From positions 32,001 through 96,000 of the forward strand of contig JAHJQN010000003.1 of the NCBI GenBank assembly GCA_018819225.1: 64,000 nucleotides of DNA, written 5' to 3'. The notes below the pieces were generated by a model, which did no database searches, was not told the origin of the DNA, and saw only the letters and a program-made list of their open reading frames with translations. Each line of letters opens with the position of its first letter. Position 1 is the first letter of the stretch. Shown here in pieces: positions 37,029 to 46,404 of the stretch. Both the position numbers and the translations under genes were made by a program. The DNA is from Candidatus Micrarchaeota archaeon (GTDB lineage: Archaea > Micrarchaeota > Micrarchaeia > Norongarragalinales > SBBD01).

Positions 37029-38316
37029 AACCGTATTAACCGAGGACGAGGTCCCGAGAAACTACTACAACATATTGCCGGACCTCCCCAAACCGCTCGA
37101 TCCTCCACTGGACGGACAAACCCGCATGCCCATCACTCCCGATGCGCTCAAACCCATTTTTCCGATGGAAATAATCCGGCAAGAGGTTTCCACGCAAAAA
37201 ACGATTGCGATACCCGACGAAGTACGCGAAGCGTATTTGAAATTGGGACGGCCTACCCCCTTATACCGCGCAAAGAAATTGGAAGCGAAACTGAAAACGC
37301 CCGCAAAAATCTTCTTCAAGCGAGAGGATTTGAATCCGTGCGGCTCGCATAAGCCGAATACCGCCATCGCGCAAGCCTACTATTCCATGAAAGAAGGCGT
37401 GGACGTGCTGGCCACGGAAACCGGTGCCGGACAATGGGGAACCGCTCTCGCTTACGCGACCCAGCTTTTCGGCTTAAAATGCGACGTGTTCATGGTGCGA
37501 ACCAGCTTTGAACAAAAACCGTACCGGAAAACGCTCATGCAACTCTACGGAGCCCACGTCACCCCCTCCCCGAGCCAGCGCACAACATTCGGGCAAGAAG
37601 TGCTAAAAAAAAGTCCGGAACACCCCGGGAGTCTTGGAATCGCGATCAGCGAAGCCTTGGAAACCGTCGTCACATCTAAAAACGCGAAGTACTCGTTGGG
37701 AAGCGTGCTCAATCACGTGTTATTGCACCAAACCGTCATCGGACAAGAAACACTGATTCAACTCGCTAAAAACGATGTCGAACCGGATGTCATGATTGGC
37801 TGCGTGGGAGGCGGCAGCAACTTCGGGGGATTCGCGTTTCCGGCCATGGAACGCAAACTCAAAAAGAAAACGAATACGCGGTTTATTGCCGTAGAACCCG
37901 ATGCCGCGCCATCCATCACCAAAGGAACGTACGCTTACGACGCAGGGGACACGGCCGGCATGACGCCGTTGATGAAAATGTATACGCTGGGGAAGGAATT
38001 CATTCCATCCCCCATTCATGCCGGCGGGCTGAGATATCACGGCATGGCACCCGCCATCTCTCTGCTCGCGCAAGAAAAACTCATCGAAGCGAAAGCGTAT
38101 TCCCAGATCAAAATCTTCGATGCGGCCGCGCTGTTTGCGCAAACCGAGGGAATCGTGGCGGCACCGGAAAGCGCGCACGCGATCGCGGCGGCCATTGATG
38201 AAGCCAAAGCATGCAAACGCTCGGGAGAAAGGCAAACCATTGTCTTCAATCTCTCGGGCCACGGACTCCTTGACCTGAAAGGATACGAAGACTACTTGGA
38301 AGGAAGAATCACGTGA
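36999..38316 (+). CDS. trpB2: Tryptophan synthase beta chain, TrpB2 type (about 438 aa if joined by a +1 frameshift at 37017-37023)
   Basis: KTVLTEDEVPRNYYNILPDLP, RPTPL.RA..LE, GSHKPNTA, TETGAGQWG, GSLGIAISEA, GSVLNHV, GGGSN, HAGGLRYHG, APES and FNLSGHG. Confidence 0.92.
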
Positions 38317-38323
38317 TGAAAAA

Positions 38324-38731
38324 ATGCCGTTAATTCCCGCTGGACAACTCAGGCCGCACGAGCGCATTGAACGAATGCGGTTAAGAAAAGTACGCGCGGA
38401 TATCGAAGCGCGAGGCGTGCTCGACTATCCGTTGCTTGTCTACGAGGAAACGCGCGTTATATTGGATGGACATCACCGCTTTCGCGCGCTTCAACTAATG
38501 GGCTGTCCGCTGATCCCCGTCCAGTTCATTAGATATGAAGGAAAGGCCGTGCAAGTCAGCAGCCAGCGCCCCGGCGTACGCGTCAGCAAAGCGCGTGTCC
38601 GTGAACGCGGTTTAACGGGCCGTTTATTCCCGCCCAAAACCACGAAACACGCATATAAGAAAAGGAGAAAACCGTTTAAATTAAATGAAAGTAGCGTCCT
38701 CGCTTTGGAGGGCGGACCCACAATATATTAA
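38324..38731 (+). CDS. ParB/Srx N-terminal domain protein, candidate free-serine kinase (SerK/SbnI-like)
   Basis: LRPHE, G.LDYPLLV, ILDGHHR..AL..MG...IP and FPPKTT; 7 bp downstream of trpB2. Confidence 0.72.
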   Translation: MPLIPAGQLRPHERIERMRLRKVRADIEARGVLDYPLLVYEETRVILDGHHRFRALQLMGCPLIPVQFIRYEGKAVQVSSQRPGVRVSKARVRERGLTGRLFPPKTTKHAYKKRRKPFKLNESSVLALEGGPTIY

Positions 38732-38783
38732 ACTGTCGTCGCACTCAATTAGCCAAGGAAACCATACGGGTTAGGTGCGACTT

Positions 38784-40565
38784 ATGCTTCGACAGCCCAT
38801 CGTATGCGTATTGGGTCATGTGGACCACGGAAAAACCAGCCTATTAGATGCCTTGCGAAAAACGCGCATCACGGAAAAAGAAGCCGGAAAAATCACGCAA
38901 GGCATTTCCTCGTGGGAAATCCCCATCGGCATGATCGAATCCGCGTGCGGCGCGCTCATGAATAAAATGAAGACAAAATTCTCTATCCCGGGACTGCTTT
39001 TCATTGACACGCCGGGACACGAAGCGTTCGTCAACCTGCGAAAACGCGGAGGAAGCATTGCGGACATCGCGATTCTCGTCATCGACGTGAATCAAGGCCT
39101 GCAGCCGCAAACCAAGGAAGCCATTGAAATACTTCGGGAATACAAGACCCCGTTCGTCGTCGCGTTCACGAAAATCGATACCATGCAAGGCTGGGTCGAA
39201 AACCGGCCGAAAAACACGTGTTTTACGGACGTGCTTCAAACCCAACGCGAAGACGTGCGGGATGACCTCGACAAAAAAATTTACGAGCTCGTCGGAAATC
39301 TGTCGCAGTACGGATTCTCCTGCGAACGGTTTGACCGCGTGGACGATTTCACGCAACAAATCGCGATCATTCCCACGAGCAGCGAGACCCGCGAAGGCCT
39401 GGCGGAACTCCTTTTATTCGTGGCAGGGCTCGCGCAAAAGTTTATGGAAAAGAAGCTCGAAAAAGGACCCGGCCCGGGTAAAGCCAGCATTTTGGAGCTC
39501 AAGGAAGAACGCGGAATCGGAAAGACGCTGGACGTCATCGTTTACGAAGGAACGATTCGTGAAGGAGAAGATATCGTGTTCTCGCAAGCGGATGGCACGC
39601 CCATTCGCTCGCGCGTTAAAGCACTCTTAAAACCCAAACCATTAGACCAAAGAACCAACCCCGAAGAAAAATTCACGACCGTGAAATCCGTGGAGGCGGC
39701 GGCCGGAGTCAAAATCGCATGCGAGAACGCCGATCACGCGGTCGCTGGTTCCTCCGTATTCGTTGTAAACGACCAAACCGCTTCGCAAATGGAAGACGAG
39801 CTGCGCAAGGAAGCGAAAGAAATTGAAGTGGAAACCAACGAGAACGGGGTCATCGTCAATGCGGACGCGCTCGGTAGCTTGGAAGCGATTGTCCGGATGC
39901 TCAAGCATGAAAACATTCCGATCCGACACGCACGAGTCGGAAAAATCGTCAAGAAAGACGTATTGGAGGCGGCGAGCGTGGCGAAAGGAAACCAGTTCCT
40001 GGGAGTCGTGTTCGGGTTCAATACATCGATGGAAGATGATGCACGACAAACCGCCAAGGAAGAACACGTCAAGCTTTTTGAAGAAAAAGTGATTTACTAC
40101 TTAATCGAAAATTACAAGCAGTGGAAACAAGAGGAGAAAGAAGCGGAACGGAAAAAAGCGTTCCAGACGATTCCGTTGCCGGCCCGCATCCAAGTACTTG
40201 AAAACCATTGTTTCCGCGTCAGCAGCCCCTGCATATTCGGCGTGGAGGTATTGGTAGGACGCATACGGAAAGGCACGCGATTGATGACGGAAAGCGGCGT
40301 CAGTATCGGGGAAATCAAGTCCATTCAAAAAGAAAAGGAATCCGTGGACGAAGCCAAACGAGGGGACTCGGTAGCCATCGCCGTGCAAGGACCGTATTTT
40401 GGAAGGCAAGTAAAAGAAAAGTTCGTGTTGTACACGGAAATTGATCGAAACAACGTGAAAACGCTGGAAGAAAAATACGGGCAAGCGCTCAGCGACGAAG
40501 AAAAAGAATTGCTGCAGGTCATCAAGAAAATCCGCGGCTTCACCGTCATCCGTTCGACGAAATAG
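38784..40565 (+). CDS. infB: Translation initiation factor aIF5B (IF2)
   Basis: LRQPIVCVLGHVDHGKT, EAGKITQ, FIDTPGHEAF..LRKRGG, TKID and DALGSLEA. Confidence 0.96.
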   Translation: MLRQPIVCVLGHVDHGKTSLLDALRKTRITEKEAGKITQGISSWEIPIGMIESACGALMNKMKTKFSIPGLLFIDTPGHEAFVNLRKRGGSIADIAILVIDVNQGLQPQTKEAIEILREYKTPFVVAFTKIDTMQGWVENRPKNTCFTDVLQTQREDVRDDLDKKIYELVGNLSQYGFSCERFDRVDDFTQQIAIIPTSSETREGLAELLLFVAGLAQKFMEKKLEKGPGPGKASILELKEERGIGKTLDVIVYEGTIREGEDIVFSQADGTPIRSRVKALLKPKPLDQRTNPEEKFTTVKSVEAAAGVKIACENADHAVAGSSVFVVNDQTASQMEDELRKEAKEIEVETNENGVIVNADALGSLEAIVRMLKHENIPIRHARVGKIVKKDVLEAASVAKGNQFLGVVFGFNTSMEDDARQTAKEEHVKLFEEKVIYYLIENYKQWKQEEKEAERKKAFQTIPLPARIQVLENHCFRVSSPCIFGVEVLVGRIRKGTRLMTESGVSIGEIKSIQKEKESVDEAKRGDSVAIAVQGPYFGRQVKEKFVLYTEIDRNNVKTLEEKYGQALSDEEKELLQVIKKIRGFTVIRSTK

Positions 40566-40629
40566 CCAACGAGCGTTTCGAAAGCTAATACGAAAACGTA
40601 TTATAGGGTTGCTACCCTGTTCAATCCAC

Positions 40630-43600
40630 ATGCAAACCGGGCCGGTGGTAAGCGTTGGAATCCTCGCGCTTATCTTAAGCGCGCTTCCGATCTCTGCGGC
40701 AACATGGGGAGCACCCGCATGGCAGGAATACGGACTGGATGTCAGCCAAATGCAGCCATGGGATTGGGCGGCGATATCGGATGAAGCGGGAGGCGCAGTC
40801 GCTGTATGGAGCAAGTTCCTGTCGGGCACGGCCCGAGAACCCTATTTCCAACGCGTTTACCCGGATGGAACACGGTATTTCGCAAACGGAATTCTATTGG
40901 CTCCCGCTTTCAGCGACTGGAGGGCCTACGACATGGAATTAATAAAACCGGGCACGGGCGCGCGTTATTATGCGGTTTGGACGAACATCAACAGCCCAAA
41001 CGGGGGTGCAGATGATGGGCTGTGGGTACAGCGCTTCAACGGCAACACGGGCGCGTTACTTTTCGGGGACGAAGGCATCCAGGTCACCCCACTCGAACCG
41101 TACGCGATGGCGCTCGCCGGCTCGGGAACCTCGAACGCGTACATCGCATTTGTCGAAAACTCTGCAGGAAATGGTGCCTCGCCGGACCTTTATTTGGCTC
41201 AGGTAACACAAGCCGCAATCGTAGACCGATTTGAGCTCGTGAACCCCGACTTCAATTCGAATACGAACGTCTACTTGAGCATGATCAAGTCCGGAAATGG
41301 CGTCATCGTGAGCAGCGTGCAAAATAGCCAACTCATTCTCGACCGATACGAGTACAACGTGAATTTGGGAGTTTGGGAGAAGGATTGGAGTAGGTTGATC
41401 GCATCAAACGTGGTTCCAACCCAATTAACAACGGACGAAAATGGAGGTGCCGTCATCGGATTCGAGGACTTTGATGGCACCGGATGGTACATTCAAAACG
41501 TGGGCTGGGCTTGGGTCGATGCATCCGGCAACATCGCGGACTCGGAAAGCGGCACGAGCACCAACTACTTATCCGAAGCCGTGTTGAAGAACAATGCGGC
41601 CGTGGAAACCCGCGTTTCCGCTTATGCATCGCCCGCAGGATTCGGTCGTATCGAAATATTATACGATGGTCCAGGAGGGGGACAAGCGATGGACTCCTAT
41701 TCCTATCCGTGGGACAACGGCAACAATCCGGCCCCGCAAACCAAGATATCGCTGGTAACCGATGGAGTCCAACGGGGAGCGCAGAACTGGTATGGATCGT
41801 ATATGGCGTATGAGATGCGAGAGAAAAACTGCAACACCGGTTCGGGAATGAATTGGGAAACCTATATCGTCATCAAGCGAGTCGACGGCGGGGGCACGCG
41901 TTGGTCCGGACCGTTTCCAAACTACGATGAAGACCGGCTCGTGCTGTCCATTCCCAACCCCAACCAATACCGGGCAACCAATCCCCTCGCGATCAATGCG
42001 GGTCCGGAATCCGCGATCGTATTTTGGACCCAGCGAAACCCCAACCGGGTTTACGCACAAAAAGTGATTGAAGCAGCCAATGAGTACGTGTATGCCAATG
42101 CGATTCCGGGAGTGAGCGGAGGTGGGCCATACAGCGGTAACGTCGGAGAAGAAGTGGCATTGGATGGAACCGTAACAGAAGGAAATGCCGTGGCGTTTGA
42201 ATGGAGCGTTTTTTCCGGAAACGCAGCCGACTGCATCTGGAATCCAAATCCCAATGTAGAAGATCCGGGTATTACATGCAATTCCGTAGGAACGAGGGGA
42301 CTCGCGCTTCGAGCACAGAATGCGAACGGTTTGTGGAGCGGATACGCGTGCACGAGCGTCACATTTGCAGCGGGGGGCGATCCCGTTGCGGATGCCGGTC
42401 CGGATCAGGAATTACTGAGTTTGGAAACGATGGTATTGGATGGATCGGGTTCAACGGATCCGGATGGAACGATTGTTGCCTACCGATGGCGGCGAGAAAC
42501 CGGTAACCTGCCCATTGATTGTTCTTTGACGGACCCGGACGGTGAAAGCGGGTCGTTGGCGCAATTGCATTGCACGGACGATCACGATCCGGCTATCATC
42601 ATGGAATTGGAAGTCGAAGATAACGATGGAAAGCTTGCAACGGATACAATGAACGCAAAATTCTTGAATCGCCTTCCCGTAGCAGACGCTTCCGGAAATG
42701 GTCCAGGAGTCAATGACCAGGATATCAATGTTCAGGGAACCGTCATTGATGAAGATGGGATCTTAAACCCAGCAGAATGGATCAGTGATGCTGGTCAATG
42801 TTTGAAGACCGCTCCAGATACCTATTTTCCACTGCCACCATGGCAAGCAAATATGTTAGTAACGGTTTATTCTAAAATGAAGTGTTCGGCCGAAGGTTCA
42901 TTCCCCATTCGATTGACAGTAACCGATGACGATAACGGCTACGATGAAGACTCGTTTGATTTACTCATTTCGTCCAACGCGCCACCCATTGCAAACGCGT
43001 GGGGAGATTACTCGGGTGCTCCGAATACCGAGATTTCCATTTATGGAACAGCTGACGACAACTCCGCAATCAATACGATGTCATGGGCGAAAGTATTCGG
43101 ACCCGGCAACTGCGTATTCGATACCACGTTTGTGGGTCAAGGCAGTCCGACCGCGTCCCTGAACGGAACCATTACCTGCGATGCCGAAGGAAGTTACGGA
43201 ATTCAATTGAAAGTCTCGGATGGTGATGGCGCACAAGCATCGGATAATGCGTTAGTTAATATCGGATCCGCACCCTCTGCCACATTCGAAGCCGTACAAC
43301 CTGCCGTCGTATTACTGGATTGTCCGCGTCTGACCTATCAAGAAACCACTCAAATTTCCGTTCAATGTCTGGATAATGGAGTGGCGTGCGAAACGGATCA
43401 GATAGTAATAACGGGTGCGCCAGCGACGTTATCAACGCAAGATGGACACGTGTTTATTTTTGACGTGGAAACGCTGACAGATGGGGAATATCCCGTCGTG
43501 GCCGACGCGGGATTCGATGCAAGCTCCTGCACCATTCGGAAAGTCGGGAAAGAAACGGCGTCGTTCCCGGAAACGCATCCGTTCATCATCGCACTCGTTG

Positions 43601-43644
43601 TTCTTGCAAGCATGGCCGTTGTGCGCCTCAAGAAAAACAAGTGA
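40630..43644 (+). CDS. Secreted cell-surface protein with PKD/Ig-like repeats and a C-terminal sorting-signal-like tail
   Basis: Signal peptide; D..GGA.. repeats; PVADAGPDQ...LDGSGSTDPDGTIVAYRW and similar repeats; C-terminal FPE + TM + KKNK. Confidence 0.8.
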   Translation: MQTGPVVSVGILALILSALPISAATWGAPAWQEYGLDVSQMQPWDWAAISDEAGGAVAVWSKFLSGTAREPYFQRVYPDGTRYFANGILLAPAFSDWRAYDMELIKPGTGARYYAVWTNINSPNGGADDGLWVQRFNGNTGALLFGDEGIQVTPLEPYAMALAGSGTSNAYIAFVENSAGNGASPDLYLAQVTQAAIVDRFELVNPDFNSNTNVYLSMIKSGNGVIVSSVQNSQLILDRYEYNVNLGVWEKDWSRLIASNVVPTQLTTDENGGAVIGFEDFDGTGWYIQNVGWAWVDASGNIADSESGTSTNYLSEAVLKNNAAVETRVSAYASPAGFGRIEILYDGPGGGQAMDSYSYPWDNGNNPAPQTKISLVTDGVQRGAQNWYGSYMAYEMREKNCNTGSGMNWETYIVIKRVDGGGTRWSGPFPNYDEDRLVLSIPNPNQYRATNPLAINAGPESAIVFWTQRNPNRVYAQKVIEAANEYVYANAIPGVSGGGPYSGNVGEEVALDGTVTEGNAVAFEWSVFSGNAADCIWNPNPNVEDPGITCNSVGTRGLALRAQNANGLWSGYACTSVTFAAGGDPVADAGPDQELLSLETMVLDGSGSTDPDGTIVAYRWRRETGNLPIDCSLTDPDGESGSLAQLHCTDDHDPAIIMELEVEDNDGKLATDTMNAKFLNRLPVADASGNGPGVNDQDINVQGTVIDEDGILNPAEWISDAGQCLKTAPDTYFPLPPWQANMLVTVYSKMKCSAEGSFPIRLTVTDDDNGYDEDSFDLLISSNAPPIANAWGDYSGAPNTEISIYGTADDNSAINTMSWAKVFGPGNCVFDTTFVGQGSPTASLNGTITCDAEGSYGIQLKVSDGDGAQASDNALVNIGSAPSATFEAVQPAVVLLDCPRLTYQETTQISVQCLDNGVACETDQIVITGAPATLSTQDGHVFIFDVETLTDGEYPVVADAGFDASSCTIRKVGKETASFPETHPFIIALVVLASMAVVRLKKNK

Positions 43645-43998
43645 TTACTTGAGTTCGGCGAGCACGCGCAACTTGTCGGGATCGCGCTTGATCTCCTTCA
43701 CGAGGTTCGACGGCCCAACAATCGTTATGCCTTGCGTTTTTCCACCCAAAATCTGGATCAACCGGGAACGCAAACCCTCGGGCTCTTCCCCGAACGAAGA
43801 AATCTCAATTCCCGGAAAACTCTTCGATATTTGCTCCATGGTGCGCTGGAACAACCGGCGCTCTTCCTGACGCGTCAAACCCTTCTCCAACACCAAGATT
43901 TTGCTTTCTTTGACGTTCTTGAGTATGAACTTGAGTTTTTCATCGTCGCCCATGCTTTCAAGCATGCGGTTGGAAACGAATTCGAGACTGATCTTCAT
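43645..43998 (-). CDS. DUF2073 family protein (OapB-like)
   Basis: EKLKFIL..VK...ILVLEKGLT..EE..L...TM..I...FPGIEI and GITIVGP. Confidence 0.85.
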   Translation of the reverse strand: MKISLEFVSNRMLESMGDDEKLKFILKNVKESKILVLEKGLTRQEERRLFQRTMEQISKSFPGIEISSFGEEPEGLRSRLIQILGGKTQGITIVGPSNLVKEIKRDPDKLRVLAELK

Positions 43999-44330
43999 TT
44001 CGATTTAGCACCAAAAATACCTTCCAATAACGAAGCGGTGACGTACCAGTAAAACACCATGAGCAACACGCCGATAAACGAAGCCGGCTGTAAACACTCG
44101 GTTTCCACGCCACATTGACCCGCGACAAAAAACAATGGCCAAGCAATGATCATCAAAATGGCTTGGTAGACGTTCTCCGGAAGATCAATAATGAGTAAAA
44201 GAAACAGGATGACCATGAGCACGAGAGCCAGCGTCAGCTTTCCAACCGTGGGCTTGAAAATACCGAGGTTCGCCATGCCGTGGTGATGCGGCATTTTTTG
44301 TCTATTCTTGGAGCGCTTCTTCATATCCAT
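43995..44330 (-). CDS. Small membrane protein
   Basis: Three hydrophobic segments; start and stop overlap both neighbours. Confidence 0.6.
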   Translation of the reverse strand: MDMKKRSKNRQKMPHHHGMANLGIFKPTVGKLTLALVLMVILFLLLIIDLPENVYQAILMIIAWPLFFVAGQCGVETECLQPASFIGVLLMVFYWYVTASLLEGIFGAKSK

Positions 44331-44953
44331 TACCGAGCGTGCTTTGCAATCGCTTCATACAACTTGTTGATGTTCTGGCCCGTTAACGCAGAGACTTCCA
44401 CGACCACATGTTGCGGAAACGCTTCTCTCACCTTATTCACCCTCGATTTCTTGCTGTCGATCTTATTCGCAACGATTATGACGGGAATCTTTCGCGCCTC
44501 CAGATTTCCAAGAATCGTAATATTCACTTGCGTAAACGGATCTTGCGTGGAATCCATGACCACAAGCGCCGCATCCACGTTCTCCAGCCACTTGATCGCT
44601 TCAATCACGCCTTTCGTCGCTTCTTTTGCCCGCTTCAAGGACTCGCTCTTTCGCAACCCGTACGCCGAAAAATCGCGGTAATCCACTTTCGTTGCAATGC
44701 CCGGCATGTCCAGCAAGTTCATGTCCAGCTCCTTGCCTTTCGAGCGCACCACCACATGCTCCTTCTTTTGAACCATGCGCGTCTCGTGCGGGACCTCCGA
44801 CACTTTTCCCACGGGTTCACCCAACCAATCCATGGAAATGCGGTTCGCCAGAGAGGTTTTTCCGGCATTCGGCGCGCCATAGAAGCCCAAACGAATAAGC
44901 TTCCTTCTCCAGAATAAGCGACGCAGCCAATCAATGAATCGTCGAAAAGGCAT
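44330..44953 (-). CDS. Era-like small GTP-binding protein (OapA-like)
   Basis: GFYGAPNAGKT, PHETR, DMPG, DP.TQVN, ANKID and SAL.G.N. Confidence 0.88.
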   Translation of the reverse strand: MPFRRFIDWLRRLFWRRKLIRLGFYGAPNAGKTSLANRISMDWLGEPVGKVSEVPHETRMVQKKEHVVVRSKGKELDMNLLDMPGIATKVDYRDFSAYGLRKSESLKRAKEATKGVIEAIKWLENVDAALVVMDSTQDPFTQVNITILGNLEARKIPVIIVANKIDSKKSRVNKVREAFPQHVVVEVSALTGQNINKLYEAIAKHAR

Positions 44954-45026
44954 ACCCAAATCCCATTCAATCGAGTGCAATACGTTAAATGCCTTTAAAA
45001 AACGTGCGTCCTTCGACACGAACGAA

Positions 45027-46400
45027 TCAAACCACTTTTCCGATCACGATGGCACGCGCCCCGTTCGAATGAATGAGGCTAGCGATTTCAAGAACCTGAT
45101 GCGGACCGCTCAAGCGACTGGATCCGTCCAATAACGTCGAGTCCCCGAAATCGAATTGATTGGAAGGTAGGAAGGAAGCGGTCTCAAAGGAAAATCGGCG
45201 CGGGGATTGAAGCCAAACGATGTGAAGGGACGCGGAATGAAGAGCGCCAGTATCGGGTTCAGCCAACAAATAACCTCGCGGCTTCAATTCGCGGCGCAAC
45301 GCGATCTCCAACTCAACGGACGAGAAGGAGGAAGGCGCTGCGTACAACGCGAACCATCCGAAACGCTCCAGTTCATCAAATCCGGATGGTACGAAGGAAG
45401 CGCCTTCCGGTAATCCATACGCTAATGCCAGGGGAGCCGCAGAGGATTCTCCAAACGCATAACGAACCACATCCCCGCCCATTAACAGGATGGAAACGAG
45501 CAGGAGAGCGGATAACGCGAGGAATGGAAGGTTGCGCGCATGCCGCACACGCCACCAAGCGTATGCGCTGCAAAGGAATAGCGGAGCCGTCAGCCATTCG
45601 CGAAACACGAGTTTCGTGTCCAGAACGTAATAGGGAAACCAACTGATTCCGATAACGATCACGAATACGATGGCGGGCCATAAATGGCGGAAGCGTCCGG
45701 GAACCGAATCTCCGAAATAAAGTAATAGCAGGGTAAATGCAGCAGCTCCGGCCAGCGAAAAGAATCCTCCATCCAGAACCGCAATACCGGAAACGAATCC
45801 GGCACCCGCCAGCCAAACCGATGACTCCATTCCACGGGAAAACGGGGCCAGCAAAAAGGTCGTGCCGAAAATGCCGGCCAACAGAAAGAGAACCAGGGGA
45901 GAAAGCGAACCGGAAAAGGGAACGGCTTCATATAACGGATACCCATCGTCGGCTGCAAGCGGAAGGCGAAAACCAAGGGTTTTTTCCGTGAAGTAAATGG
46001 CGGGTTTCAGCACGTGAATGTGTTGAAAATAGGATCCTTCCCAACAAGAGTATTGCTCGCAATTCGCGACATAGCCTAAATAGGAATCGTACGAAGCGCC
46101 GTACGAAGACTGCCAATAAAGTTGTGCAGCAATACCGACGAAAAAACCAAAAAGAATCCATGCGAGTAAAAGAAAGCGCAAGCGCAAAAACGCGCGGGCG
46201 TTCTTGAAGAAAGGACGGTTCGCAGCCCATGCGCGAAAGGAAAAGAAAAGAACGAGCATGAAGAGTAAAAGCAAGTGTTTGGCACTCGAATTGCCTTCCG
46301 TGAACACGCGAAGGATGCTGCCGACCAGCAGGCTAAACGGCTCCACGGCAAGGGATAATATTAACGTCACCGCGAGCGCGACCGGCCATTTCGTATCCAT
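45027..46400 (-). CDS. Multi-pass membrane protein of unknown function
   Basis: About 10 TM segments with a soluble C-terminus; directly follows the GT2 gene. Confidence 0.7.
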   Translation of the reverse strand: MDTKWPVALAVTLILSLAVEPFSLLVGSILRVFTEGNSSAKHLLLLFMLVLFFSFRAWAANRPFFKNARAFLRLRFLLLAWILFGFFVGIAAQLYWQSSYGASYDSYLGYVANCEQYSCWEGSYFQHIHVLKPAIYFTEKTLGFRLPLAADDGYPLYEAVPFSGSLSPLVLFLLAGIFGTTFLLAPFSRGMESSVWLAGAGFVSGIAVLDGGFFSLAGAAAFTLLLLYFGDSVPGRFRHLWPAIVFVIVIGISWFPYYVLDTKLVFREWLTAPLFLCSAYAWWRVRHARNLPFLALSALLLVSILLMGGDVVRYAFGESSAAPLALAYGLPEGASFVPSGFDELERFGWFALYAAPSSFSSVELEIALRRELKPRGYLLAEPDTGALHSASLHIVWLQSPRRFSFETASFLPSNQFDFGDSTLLDGSSRLSGPHQVLEIASLIHSNGARAIVIGKVV

Positions 46401-46404
46401 AACC

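Noticed and set aside
37075-38316. ORF-track TTG start for trpB2
   Set aside because: It cuts off conserved N-terminal residues (KTVLTEDEVPRNYYNI) and has no well-spaced SD. It remains a formal alternative only.
38324-38731. Chromosome-partitioning ParB interpretation
   Set aside because: No HTH or dimerisation domain and no adjacent parA.
44276-44294. MPHHHG resembling the MPH start of OapC Zn-ribbon proteins
   Set aside because: No CxxC pairs follow and the ORF is hydrophobic.
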